A DNA stretch of 51,642 nt from assembly GCA_904502135.1 (NCBI GenBank), contig CAJGDE010000001.1:1-51642 (forward strand), written 5' to 3'. The position numbers and the translations under genes are program-made. The notes under the pieces were generated by a model, which was given only the letters and a program-made list of their open reading frames with translations, was not told the origin of the DNA and made no database searches. This DNA comes from Kiritimatiellia bacterium (lineage in GTDB: Bacteria > Verrucomicrobiota > Kiritimatiellia > RFP12 > UBA1067). Shown piece by piece: positions 10,025 to 18,568 of this stretch (within the stretch, counting starts at the first letter, position 1; every line of letters begins with the position of its first letter).

Positions 10025-10040
10025 TGGCACGGTATTTGCT
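10025..10040 (+). promoter_or_regulatory. sigma-54 (-24/-12) type promoter upstream of dnaK
   Basis: TGGCACGGTATTTGCT matches TGGCACG-N4-TTGCW at every conserved position. It lies 49 nt upstream of the dnaK ATG. Confidence 0.5.
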
Positions 10041-10088
10041 TATGGTTTGGTGTCGCCCGTGGTGGGCGTAGAAAGAAGGTAGAAAGTT

Positions 10089-12011
10089 ATGGCAAAAGTA
10101 TTAGGTATTGACCTTGGAACAACAAATAGCTGCATGGCCGTTATGGAAGGCGGCGAAGCAACAGTTATCCCCAATAAGGAGGGGCAGCGTACAACTCCGT
10201 CGATCGTTGCGTTTACCAAGACGGGTGAAATTCTTGTCGGACAGGCGGCGAAGCGCCAGGCGGTGACGAATCCTAAGTCGACGATTTATTCGATTAAGCG
10301 TTTTATCGGCCGTCGTTTCGACGAAATGACCGACGAAATCAAGATGATGCCTTATGAAGTCGTTCAGACGCCCAATGGAGATGCCGCGGTAAAGGTCGGA
10401 GAAAAGACTTATACGGCGCAGGAAATTTCAGCTATGGTCTTAAGAAAGCTTAAGGAAGATGCTGAAGCGTTTTTGGGCGAGAAAATTACGGAGGCGGTAA
10501 TTACTGTTCCTGCGTACTTCAACGACCAGCAGCGTCAGGCGACGAAGGATGCCGGCAAGATCGCGGGTCTTGACGTAAAGCGTATCGTCAATGAGCCTAC
10601 GGCCGCTTCGCTCGCGTACGGTCTTGACAAGAAGAAAAACGAAAAGATTGCAGTTTATGACTTTGGCGGCGGCACTTTCGATATTTCCGTTCTTGATATC
10701 GGTGACGGAGTATTTGAAGTTAAGGCTACCAATGGCGACACTCACCTCGGTGGCGATGACCTCGACCAGGCGATTATGAAGTGGCTCATTGAAGATTTCA
10801 AGGCTGCTCAGGGCGTAGATCTTTCTCAGGATATGATGGCTCTTCAGCGTCTTAAAGAAGAGGCTGAAAAGGCGAAGTGCGCGCTTTCTTCCGCGACGAC
10901 TTATGACATCAACCTGCCGTTCATCACGATGAACCAGTCCGGGCCTTTGCACCTTACGGCTACGCTCAATAAGGCGAAACTCGAACAGCTTACGATGGAT
11001 CTTGTCAACCGCACGAGCGAGCCTTGCCGCAAGTGCATGAGCGACGCTGATCTTTCAAGCGTTGACGAGGTCGTTCTCGTCGGCGGTCAGACGCGCATGC
11101 CGCTCATTCAGGAGAAGGCCAAGTCGCTTTTCGGCAAGGAGCCGCACAAGGGCGTCAACCCTGACGAAGTCGTTGCTATGGGCGCAGCCATTCAGGGCGG
11201 CATTTTGAAGGGCGAAGTCAAAGATGTTCTTCTTCTTGACGTCACTCCTCTTACGCTCGGCATTGAGACGTTGGGCGGCGTTTTGACGCCTCTCATTGAG
11301 CGCAACACGACGATCCCCACTAAGAAGAGCCAGGTCTTCTCGACGGCGGCCGACAATCAGCCGGCGGTGACGATCGCCATTTTCCAGGGCGACCGCAAGA
11401 TGGCGCGCGACAACAAGAGCCTTGGAAACTTCAACCTTGACGGTATTCCTCCGGCGCCGCGCGGCGTTCCGCAGATTGAGGTTACTTTCGATATTGATGC
11501 CAACGGTATTCTTAATGTTTCCGCCAAGGATCTTGGAACACAGAAGGAGCAGAAGATTACCATCACTGCAGCCGGTGGTCTTTCGAAGGAAGAAATCGAA
11601 AAGATGCGCAAGGATGCCGAAGCACATGCTGCTGAAGATGAAAAGCGTCATGAAGAAGTCGAGGCCCGCAACAAGGCCGACGGTCTTGCGTTCCAGGTAG
11701 AGAAGACCTTGAAGGACGCAGGCGATAAGATCGCTGCCGACAAGAAGGCTCCGGTTGAAGCCGCTCTTAAGGCGCTCAAGGATGAGCTTGCCAAGAATCC
11801 TCCGGCTCCCGTTGCCGACATCAAGGCGAAGGAAGAGGCTCTAATGAAGGCGATGGAGCCTGTAGCGCAGGAGATGTACGCTTCCGCGCAGGCTGCTCAA
11901 GGCGCCGCTGGTGCTCAGCCGGGAGCTAATCCCGAGCCGCCGCCGGCCGATGAGCCCAAGAAGGAGAAGGGCGGCGACGACGTGGTCGACGCGGACTTTA
12001 CGATGAAGTAA
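10089..12011 (+). CDS. dnaK: molecular chaperone DnaK (Hsp70)
   Basis: 640 aa with [21 protein letters not shown] and the C-terminal DDVVDADF tail. Confidence 0.97.
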   Translation: MAKVLGIDLGTTNSCMAVMEGGEATVIPNKEGQRTTPSIVAFTKTGEILVGQAAKRQAVTNPKSTIYSIKRFIGRRFDEMTDEIKMMPYEVVQTPNGDAAVKVGEKTYTAQEISAMVLRKLKEDAEAFLGEKITEAVITVPAYFNDQQRQATKDAGKIAGLDVKRIVNEPTAASLAYGLDKKKNEKIAVYDFGGGTFDISVLDIGDGVFEVKATNGDTHLGGDDLDQAIMKWLIEDFKAAQGVDLSQDMMALQRLKEEAEKAKCALSSATTYDINLPFITMNQSGPLHLTATLNKAKLEQLTMDLVNRTSEPCRKCMSDADLSSVDEVVLVGGQTRMPLIQEKAKSLFGKEPHKGVNPDEVVAMGAAIQGGILKGEVKDVLLLDVTPLTLGIETLGGVLTPLIERNTTIPTKKSQVFSTAADNQPAVTIAIFQGDRKMARDNKSLGNFNLDGIPPAPRGVPQIEVTFDIDANGILNVSAKDLGTQKEQKITITAAGGLSKEEIEKMRKDAEAHAAEDEKRHEEVEARNKADGLAFQVEKTLKDAGDKIAADKKAPVEAALKALKDELAKNPPAPVADIKAKEEALMKAMEPVAQEMYASAQAAQGAAGAQPGANPEPPPADEPKKEKGGDDVVDADFTMK

Positions 12012-12092
12012 GTTAGGAGTTAGGGGTTAGGAGTTAGGGGAAAGAAATTCTACTCTCCAACTCCAAACTCCAACTCGAACTCTAAACTCCAA
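12012..12092 (+). repeat. pair of complementary tandem-repeat arrays forming an imperfect hairpin in the dnaK-groES spacer
   Basis: (GTTAGGA GTTAGGG) x2 at 12012-12039, a 15-nt spacer, then CTCCAA/CTCCAAA-type units x6 at 12055-12092. Confidence 0.85.
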
Positions 12093-12125
12093 CTAAAATT
12101 TCAAACATACAAAGGAGAAACAAAC

Positions 12126-12413
12126 ATGAAAATCAGACCTCTAGGTGATCGCGTTCTTGTTGAACCAATCGAAGAGAAAGAACAGACCGTTGGTGGAATT
12201 ATTATTCCTGATTCTGCCAAGGAAAAACCCATGCAGGGCAAGGTGATCGCTGTCGGCAAGAAGCTTGACAAGGACGGCAAGGAAATCGCGTTTGATGTCA
12301 AATCTGGCGACACGGTGCTTCTTCCTAAATACGGCGGCACTGAAGTCAAGCTTGGTGACAAGAAGCTTCAGCTCGTTCGCGAAGAAGATCTTCTCGGAGT
12401 TGTTGAAAAATAA
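12126..12413 (+). CDS. groES: co-chaperonin GroES
   Basis: 95 aa, [14 protein letters not shown]...[22 protein letters not shown] lies upstream. Confidence 0.95.
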   Translation: MKIRPLGDRVLVEPIEEKEQTVGGIIIPDSAKEKPMQGKVIAVGKKLDKDGKEIAFDVKSGDTVLLPKYGGTEVKLGDKKLQLVREEDLLGVVEK

Positions 12414-12539
12414 GAGTTTAATGTTTTAATGTTAGAATGAAAAGGAGATTTACCTTATTTGCATTCCCCCATTCTAACATTCCAACATTCTAACACTCTA
12501 ACACTCCAACATTCTAGCATTCTAACATTCTAACATTAA
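12414..12539 (+). repeat. octamer tandem-repeat arrays (TGTTnnAA x3, then CATTCTAA-type x9) forming a hairpin in the groES-groEL spacer
   Basis: AATGTTAGAATG (12428-12439) is the exact reverse complement of CATTCTAACATT, which occurs at 12470, 12518 and 12526. Confidence 0.9.
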
Positions 12540-12552
12540 TAAGGAAACTATC

Positions 12553-14187
12553 ATGGCTAAGCAGATTAAGTTTGACGCCGAGGCGCGTCAGAAAATTCTC
12601 GCCGGCGTTGAGAAACTCTCAAGTGCCGTTACATCTACGCTCGGACCTTCCGGCCGCAATGTTATTCTCGACAAGAAGTTCGGCTCACCTCAGATCACCA
12701 AGGACGGCGTAACCGTCGCCAAGGAGATTGAGCTTCCCGATCCTTTTGAGAATATGGGCGCACAGATGGTTAAGGAAGTTGCTTCCAAGACGAACGATGT
12801 CGCCGGTGACGGAACGACAACCGCGACTTTGCTCGCAGAGGCCATTTACCGCGAAGGTCTTAAGAATCTTACCGCAGGCGCTAACGCAATGGCTCTTAAG
12901 TCCGGTATCGACAAGGCTACGGCTGCCGTTACCGAGTCTATCGCCAAGCTTGCGAAGAAGGTCAAGAGCGCTGATGAAATCGCGCAGGTTGCGACGATCT
13001 CCGCAAATGGCGATACCGAAATCGGTCAGATGATTTCCGATGCGATGGATAAGGTCGGCAAGGAAGGCACCATCACCGTTGAAGAAGCTAAGACTCTTGA
13101 GTCCACGCTCGATGTTGTTGAGGGTATGCAGTTCGACAAGGGTTATCTCTCGCCTTATTTTGTCACTTCTCCTGAAAATATGGAGTGCGAGCTTGAGAAT
13201 CCCTTTATTCTCCTTTTCGAGAAGAAGATCACGAATCTTCAGGACATGCTTCCTCTTCTTCAGAACGTTGCCAAGTCCGGCCGTCCTCTCATGATCATCG
13301 CCGAGGATGTCGAGGGCGAAGCTCTCGCGACGCTCGTCGTCAACAAGCTCCGCGGTACGTTCCAGGTTTGCGCCGTCAAGGCTCCCGGTTTCGGTGATCG
13401 CCGCAAGGCAATTCTCGAAGATATCGCCATTCTTACGGGTGGTCGCCTTATCAGCGAGGACATCGGCGTTAAGCTCGAGAACGTTCAGCTCACCGATCTC
13501 GGCCGTGCGAAGAAGGTTGTCGTCGACAAGGACAACACAACCATCGTTGAAGGTCTCGGCAAGGGTGCTGACATCAAAGCTCGCGTTGAGCTCATCAAGA
13601 AGCAGATTGAAGAGACGACTTCAGACTACGATCGCGAGAAACTCCAGGAGCGTCTTGCGAAGCTCGCCGGCGGTGTTGCGCTCATCAAGGTAGGCGCTGC
13701 TACCGAGGCCGCGATGAAGGAGAAGAAGGATCGCGTTGACGATGCTCTTCATGCGACGCGCGCTGCTGTTGAAGAGGGCATTGTTCCTGGCGGCGGCGTA
13801 GCTTACTTGCGCGCTCAGAAGGCGATTGAAGCTCTTAAGCTTGAGGGTGACGAGAAGGTCGGCGCTGCGATTATCTGCCGCGCTATCGAAGCTCCTCTTC
13901 GCAAGCTCGTCAACAACGCCGGACAGGAAGCGGCTCTCGTTATCGCCAACGTCAAGAAGGCGACCGGTACGAACGGCTACAACGTCCGCACGGGTGAGTA
14001 CTGCGACCTTCTCAAGGCCGGTGTCGTCGATCCTGCTAAGGTTACGCGCTCCGCTCTCCAGAACGCGGCTTCCATCGCGGGACTCCTGCTTACGACCGAC
14101 TGCATGGTCACCGATCTTCCCGAGAAGAAGGAATCTTGCGGTTGCGGCGGTCATGGCGGCGCACCTGACATGGGCGGCATGATGTAA
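12553..14187 (+). CDS. groEL: chaperonin GroEL
   Basis: 544 aa with [12 protein letters not shown] and a C-terminal ...[16 protein letters not shown] tail. Confidence 0.97.
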   Translation: MAKQIKFDAEARQKILAGVEKLSSAVTSTLGPSGRNVILDKKFGSPQITKDGVTVAKEIELPDPFENMGAQMVKEVASKTNDVAGDGTTTATLLAEAIYREGLKNLTAGANAMALKSGIDKATAAVTESIAKLAKKVKSADEIAQVATISANGDTEIGQMISDAMDKVGKEGTITVEEAKTLESTLDVVEGMQFDKGYLSPYFVTSPENMECELENPFILLFEKKITNLQDMLPLLQNVAKSGRPLMIIAEDVEGEALATLVVNKLRGTFQVCAVKAPGFGDRRKAILEDIAILTGGRLISEDIGVKLENVQLTDLGRAKKVVVDKDNTTIVEGLGKGADIKARVELIKKQIEETTSDYDREKLQERLAKLAGGVALIKVGAATEAAMKEKKDRVDDALHATRAAVEEGIVPGGGVAYLRAQKAIEALKLEGDEKVGAAIICRAIEAPLRKLVNNAGQEAALVIANVKKATGTNGYNVRTGEYCDLLKAGVVDPAKVTRSALQNAASIAGLLLTTDCMVTDLPEKKESCGCGGHGGAPDMGGMM

Positions 14188-14212
14188 TAAAAGGCCTTGC
14201 TAAAGGATAAAA

Positions 14213-14247
14213 ACGGGGACGACATTTTGTTCGTCCCCGTTTTTTTG
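14213..14247 (+). terminator. intrinsic terminator after groEL
   Basis: Stem ACGGGGACGA / TCGTCCCCGT with an 8-nt loop, followed by T7. Confidence 0.8.
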
Positions 14248-14300
14248 TCTGTCGTTTGTGTAAGTCAGTTAATTCGCCTGAGCCCCGGCCCCGGTTTGTT

Positions 14301-14330
14301 TTGCTATGTCTGCGTCTATTTTGGTATAAT
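14301..14330 (+). promoter_or_regulatory. sigma-70-type promoter of metG (TTGCTA-N18-TATAAT with a TG extension), near-leaderless
   Basis: TTGCTA at 14301-14306 and TGGTATAAT at 14322-14330, with the ATG at 14340. Confidence 0.5.
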
Positions 14331-14339
14331 AAGCACACT

Positions 14340-16403
14340 ATGGAGAAGAAGAGAAAAATAGTCGTTACAAGTGCTTTGCCGTATGCAAACGGTGATATTC
14401 ATATAGGGCATTTGGTTGAGTATATTCAAACCGATTTTTGGGTTCGCTTCCAAAAGATGCGCGGCAATGAATGTGTTTATGTCTGCGCTGACGATACACA
14501 TGGAACGCCTATCATGATCCGTGCCCGCAAAGAAGGGATTACCCCTGAAGAGCTCATTGCGCGCAGCCATACGCAGCACTTGAAGGATTTTACGGATTTT
14601 CAGATTAAGTTTGACAATTATTATACGACAAACTCTCCTGAAAATAAGGCCTTGAGTGAAGAGATATACAAGGCCGCGGAGGCGAAAGGCTACATCACCC
14701 GCAAGACAACACCGCAGCTTTACTGTGAAAAATGTAAGATGTTCCTGCCGGATCGATTTGTGAAAGGGGTCTGTCCCAAGTGCGGAGCTGAAGGTCAGTA
14801 TGGTGACAGTTGCGACAAATGCGGCTCTACGTATGCTGCGGAGGAACTTGGCAGCCCCAAGTGCACGACATGTGGCTCGTCACCGGTAGTTAAAGATTCG
14901 GAACATCTGTATTACGAGCTTGAGCCTCAGCACGACTATCTTGAGAAGTGGATACCCGATCATACGACGAGCGATGTTTCGAACAAGCTTCTTGAGTGGT
15001 TCAAAGAGCCTTTGCGCGGATGGTGCATTTCGCGTGACGCACCTTACTTCGGTTTTGAGATACCCGGGTTTAAAGACAAATATTTTTATGTTTGGGTGGA
15101 CGCGCCCGTAGGCTATATCGCAAGTCTTAAGAACGCCGGCAAGTTTGAGATGTGGAACGACCCTGAAGTTGAGCTTTATCACTTCATCGGCAAGGATATT
15201 ATTCGCTTCCACTGTCTCTTCTGGCCGGGGATGCTTAATGCCGCCGGCTTTAAGGGGCCGACGAAAGTTTTCGTGCATGGTTTTCTTACGGTCAATGGCG
15301 AAAAGATGTCCAAGTCGAAGGGAACGTTCGTTTCCGCCCGTACATATTTAGATAACCTCCCGCCGGAGGCGCTCAGGTATTATTATGCGGCGAAGCTTGG
15401 CGGTACGACAGATGATATGGATCTTAATCTTTCCGATTTCGTCCAGAGGGTGAATTCCGATCTTGTCGGCAAGATTACCAATATCGCTTCGCGCGCTTCG
15501 CAAATGCTTCAGAAGAAGCTTGGCGGAAAGTTGGGTTCGATGGACGAGGATGGTAGAGGTCTTGTTCAGAAGTGTATTGATGCAGGCGAAACAATAGCCA
15601 AGCACTATGAAGATCGAAAGTTTAATCAGGCTGTTGTTGAAATCTGCCGTCTTGCTGACGCTGCGAATGAATACTTCGATAAGCGCGAGCCGTGGAAGAG
15701 CATCAAGACGGATGAAGAGATAACCCGTACGGCTCTTACTTCTGCGCTCAACGCTTTTCGCATCATCGCCATCTATTTAAGCCCCATACTCCCCGAATAC
15801 GCCAAGAAGGCTATGAAACTTTTTGGCGAGAACGAGTGGTCGTGGCAAAGTTCAAAAGAGGCGAAGGAGAATTGCGCGCTTGGAGAATATGAGTATCTCG
15901 CAAGCCGTATCGACATAAAGCAAGTTGAGGCGATGGTTGAGGCGGCGAAGGTTAGACCTGGTGAGTCTGGCGAGGTGAGTCACGAGTCACGGGCGAGCAA
16001 GAATAAGGGGAATGAGGGAATAGGGAAGAGGGAAGAGGGAATAGAGAAGAGGGAGGTTGAGCCTCTTAAGGCGGAGATTGCCTTTCCCGATTTCGAGAAG
16101 CTTGATCTTAGAGTTGGAGTAGTTGAAAGCTGCGAGATTGTACCCAAGAGTTCAAAGCTTCTTAAGTTTGTTCTTGATGCAGGCGCTCTTGGCAAGCGTA
16201 CTATTTTCTCCGGCATTCGTCAGGCATACCCGCAGCCTCAGGATCTTGTCGGCAAGGAGGTCGTGTTCGTCGCCAATCTCGCTCCGCGCAAAATGTCGGT
16301 CGGAGTTTCTGAAGGGATGATACTCTTCGCGGGAGAGCCTGGTCAGTCGGGTGGAGTCGTCTCTCCGCTTGATTGCGCTTTTGGCGGAACTCAAGTAACT
16401 TGA
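14340..16403 (+). CDS. metG: methionine--tRNA ligase with C-terminal tRNA-binding (Trbp111/EMAP-like) domain
   Basis: PYANGDIHIGHL (HIGH), KMSKSKG and CPKCG...CDKCG...CTTCG zinc knuckles. The start is taken at ATG 14340 (MEKKRKIVVTSALPY), not the track's TTG 14256. Confidence 0.95.
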   Translation: MEKKRKIVVTSALPYANGDIHIGHLVEYIQTDFWVRFQKMRGNECVYVCADDTHGTPIMIRARKEGITPEELIARSHTQHLKDFTDFQIKFDNYYTTNSPENKALSEEIYKAAEAKGYITRKTTPQLYCEKCKMFLPDRFVKGVCPKCGAEGQYGDSCDKCGSTYAAEELGSPKCTTCGSSPVVKDSEHLYYELEPQHDYLEKWIPDHTTSDVSNKLLEWFKEPLRGWCISRDAPYFGFEIPGFKDKYFYVWVDAPVGYIASLKNAGKFEMWNDPEVELYHFIGKDIIRFHCLFWPGMLNAAGFKGPTKVFVHGFLTVNGEKMSKSKGTFVSARTYLDNLPPEALRYYYAAKLGGTTDDMDLNLSDFVQRVNSDLVGKITNIASRASQMLQKKLGGKLGSMDEDGRGLVQKCIDAGETIAKHYEDRKFNQAVVEICRLADAANEYFDKREPWKSIKTDEEITRTALTSALNAFRIIAIYLSPILPEYAKKAMKLFGENEWSWQSSKEAKENCALGEYEYLASRIDIKQVEAMVEAAKVRPGESGEVSHESRASKNKGNEGIGKREEGIEKREVEPLKAEIAFPDFEKLDLRVGVVESCEIVPKSSKLLKFVLDAGALGKRTIFSGIRQAYPQPQDLVGKEVVFVANLAPRKMSVGVSEGMILFAGEPGQSGGVVSPLDCAFGGTQVT
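15960..16057 (+). repeat. in-frame heptamer arrays in the metG linker (GTGAGTC-like units, then GGGAAnA units)
   Basis: ggtgagt ctggcgag gtgagtc acgagtc ... gggaata gggaaga gggaaga gggaata gagaaga gggaggt, encoding ...[34 protein letters not shown]. Confidence 0.85.
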
Positions 16404-16427
16404 AAATATAAATAGGGTTTTGCGGCT

Positions 16428-17228
16428 ATGGATATACTTGGTTTTTGTATGATGGTCGCGTGGGGCGCGGCGGCGGCAGCCTTCGCATGGTATGCCGCCT
16501 CAGTTGCCGGTGAAGTGACGTATGTCACTCTCGCTGACGGTCGCAGACAAGAGCGCTCGATACCTTTATTGTTCAAGTTGCTGCTGCCTCTTGCGCATAA
16601 TTTCTATCCGCTTATCCGCAGAAGTATATTCGCCAAGCCTGTCGCTGACGCGCAAACGCTGCTGATTCAGGGAGGATTTGAGGGCCTTATAAGCGCCGAA
16701 GAGTTTGTTTCTCTTCAGCTGATGCTCTTGTGGTTGCCGCCGAAGCTTTGGCTTTATAACGTGGTTAAGCGCAGGCACATGTCGATAATGAAGGCCTTGC
16801 CGTTTGTCCTTGATCTTCTGACTCTTTCCGTTGAGGCCGGTATGGATTTTATCAGCGCATTGCAGCGCAACTGCAAATCCCGCCGCTTAGATCCTCTGAA
16901 CGAGGAACTTCTTCGGATGACAAAAGAAATTCAGGTGGGCTCTTCGCGCAAGGAGGCTTTGAGGAATATGGCTCTTCGAGTAAAGCAGAGCGATCTTAAG
17001 GCTGTAGCGTTTGCTTTGATTCAGGCCGACGAGCTGGGCGTATCAATCGGCGCGATACTTCGCATCCAGTCGGAGCAGCTGCGCTCCCGCAGGTTTGATA
17101 GAGCCGAGAAATTGGCCGCTGAAGCGCCTGTTAAGATGCTCGGGCCGCTTCTTCTTTGCATATTTCCGTCTGTGTTTATAATTTTGCTTGGGCCTGTCTT
17201 AAGTCAGGCATTGAAAGGAAATTGGTAA
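16428..17228 (+). CDS. type II secretion system F (T2SSF) domain protein, TadB/TadC-like
   Basis: 266 aa. An N-terminal TM segment, then LPFVLDLLTLSVEAGMDFISALQ...EIQVGSSRKEALRNMALR (T2SSF domain pattern) and a C-terminal TM segment. Confidence 0.6.
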   Translation: MDILGFCMMVAWGAAAAAFAWYAASVAGEVTYVTLADGRRQERSIPLLFKLLLPLAHNFYPLIRRSIFAKPVADAQTLLIQGGFEGLISAEEFVSLQLMLLWLPPKLWLYNVVKRRHMSIMKALPFVLDLLTLSVEAGMDFISALQRNCKSRRLDPLNEELLRMTKEIQVGSSRKEALRNMALRVKQSDLKAVAFALIQADELGVSIGAILRIQSEQLRSRRFDRAEKLAAEAPVKMLGPLLLCIFPSVFIILLGPVLSQALKGNW

Positions 17229-18568
17229 TGGCAGCTAAACTTATACTTCATATCGAGACAGGGCAGCTGGCTGGAAAACGTTTTGAGATTCCGCAAGGAG
17301 GGCTTCGCTTCGGAAGATCTTCGTCTAATGATGTGCACATTCCTGACGAGGAGCTTTCCCGCAACCACTGTTTTTTTGAGGAGTACAACGGGGATGTGCG
17401 CCTGACGGATTTGGCCAGTGCGAACGGAACGATTCTTAACGGTGTTTCGCTTGGAGCAGATAGCGTTCTTCTTTCGGCGGGTGACATTATCGAGGCGGGA
17501 ACAACAAGGATAAAGGTTCTCTCTGCCGATGACATAAAACCGGTGGGCGGCGATGAAATATCGTCTGTCGATCTCGGGCTTAGCGTCTCGCATTCGACAG
17601 TAACGCCGACAGATGCGAACAAAGAGAAACCTGCGAAAAAGCGTGGCATTTTTTCTTATGTTATCTGGGCGGTTGCTTTAGCGTGCGTTGTCGCGGCGGC
17701 GCTTTGTTTTTTGATGCCGCAGGCAGAAGAGCCCTCTAGTGCTCCTCAGCCCGTGGCGGCGACGGAAGTCGATAGCGTGGTCAAAGAGTTCTATTACGAA
17801 AAGGTGGAGGCCGATTCCAACGGGATATTCCGTTACGAGCTCAAACTCAGCGGCGATGGAGTACTGCACGTTAAAATAGATGACGTTCCAAACGAAGATC
17901 GCCATGTCTCAAAGAGTCGTCCTCTCGATGAGCGCTCTCTTAAGAGGCTTAATGAGATTCTCGCCTTTTCGCAGATGCGCAATATCGACCGCGAATACGC
18001 TGGGCCCGATTCTGAGCCGCCAAAACTTGAAAGCTGGAATCTCAAGGTCGTGTATTCTTCACGCGTGCGTCAGGTTAGAATAGAAAATACGCAGGAGCCG
18101 GAACTCTTCAGGCAGATTCGCGAGAAGCTTGAAGCGTTCACCAAGAACGAACTTGGCGTTTGGGCCATACAGTATTCGCGCGATAAGTTGATTGAACTGG
18201 CGAAAGAAAAGATTGCTCTGGGTAAGCTCAAGTGGGAAGATCGCGACGTCAATTACGGCAATCTGTCTCAATCGATCGACGCTTACAATGAGGCGTTCTT
18301 TTATCTTGAGACGATTAATCCAAAGCCCGATTTTGCGGCGGAGGCCAGAGAAGGGCTCGATCAGTCGAAAAAAGAGCATGAGACGCGCTATAACAACCAG
18401 CGTTTTCTTGCGGACAGAGCCATCAATCTTGGACAGTGGTCCGAGGCTCAGAAAGAGCTTAAGGTCCTGATGGAGATGGTTCCGGACAGAGCCGATGAGC
18501 GAAACCGCGAGGCGGCCGCTAAGCTAATAGATGTTGAACGCCGTATGACGAAAGGGGGTAAGAGATGA
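17228..18568 (+). CDS. FHA-domain membrane protein with an uncharacterised C-terminal domain
   Basis: N-terminal FHA pattern (RFGRSSSNDVHIPDEELSRNHCFF...DLASANGTILNG), one TM segment (IFSYVIWAVALACVVAAALCFLM) and about 270 aa of unknown domain. The start overlaps the upstream stop (TAATG). Confidence 0.7.
   Translation: MAAKLILHIETGQLAGKRFEIPQGGLRFGRSSSNDVHIPDEELSRNHCFFEEYNGDVRLTDLASANGTILNGVSLGADSVLLSAGDIIEAGTTRIKVLSADDIKPVGGDEISSVDLGLSVSHSTVTPTDANKEKPAKKRGIFSYVIWAVALACVVAAALCFLMPQAEEPSSAPQPVAATEVDSVVKEFYYEKVEADSNGIFRYELKLSGDGVLHVKIDDVPNEDRHVSKSRPLDERSLKRLNEILAFSQMRNIDREYAGPDSEPPKLESWNLKVVYSSRVRQVRIENTQEPELFRQIREKLEAFTKNELGVWAIQYSRDKLIELAKEKIALGKLKWEDRDVNYGNLSQSIDAYNEAFFYLETINPKPDFAAEAREGLDQSKKEHETRYNNQRFLADRAINLGQWSEAQKELKVLMEMVPDRADERNREAAAKLIDVERRMTKGGKR

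Noticed and set aside
9820-10071. 83-aa ORF spanning the ettA 3' end and the dnaK upstream region
   Set aside because: It overlaps ettA in another frame and runs through the promoter and repeat region. It has no SD and no protein-like features.
12012-12039. Telomere-like TTAGGG/TTAGGGG motifs
   Set aside because: There are only four units, internal to a bacterial operon spacer and paired with a complementary array. The resemblance to eukaryotic telomere repeats is coincidental.
12443-12533. SD-like AAGGAG plus TTG 12459 opening a 24-codon ORF through the octamer array
   Set aside because: An 8-nt repeat cannot encode a periodic peptide. The start is a weak TTG and there is no protein-like signal. 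It is more plausibly part of the RNA structure.
12462-12539. Possible CRISPR-like array (regularly repeated CATTCTAA units)
   Set aside because: The units are 8 nt and directly abutting, with no spacers. This is far below CRISPR repeat and spacer sizes, and no cas genes are present. It is a microsatellite-type array.
14256-14339. Longer N-termini proposed by the ORF track, such as TTG 14256 for metG (also 2015, 17156, 20594, 22915, 25974, 35340, 39384, 41766, 46163)
   Set aside because: The track takes the longest ATG/GTG/TTG ORF. The extensions overlap upstream genes, terminators or promoters and add non-homologous residues ahead of canonical family N-termini.
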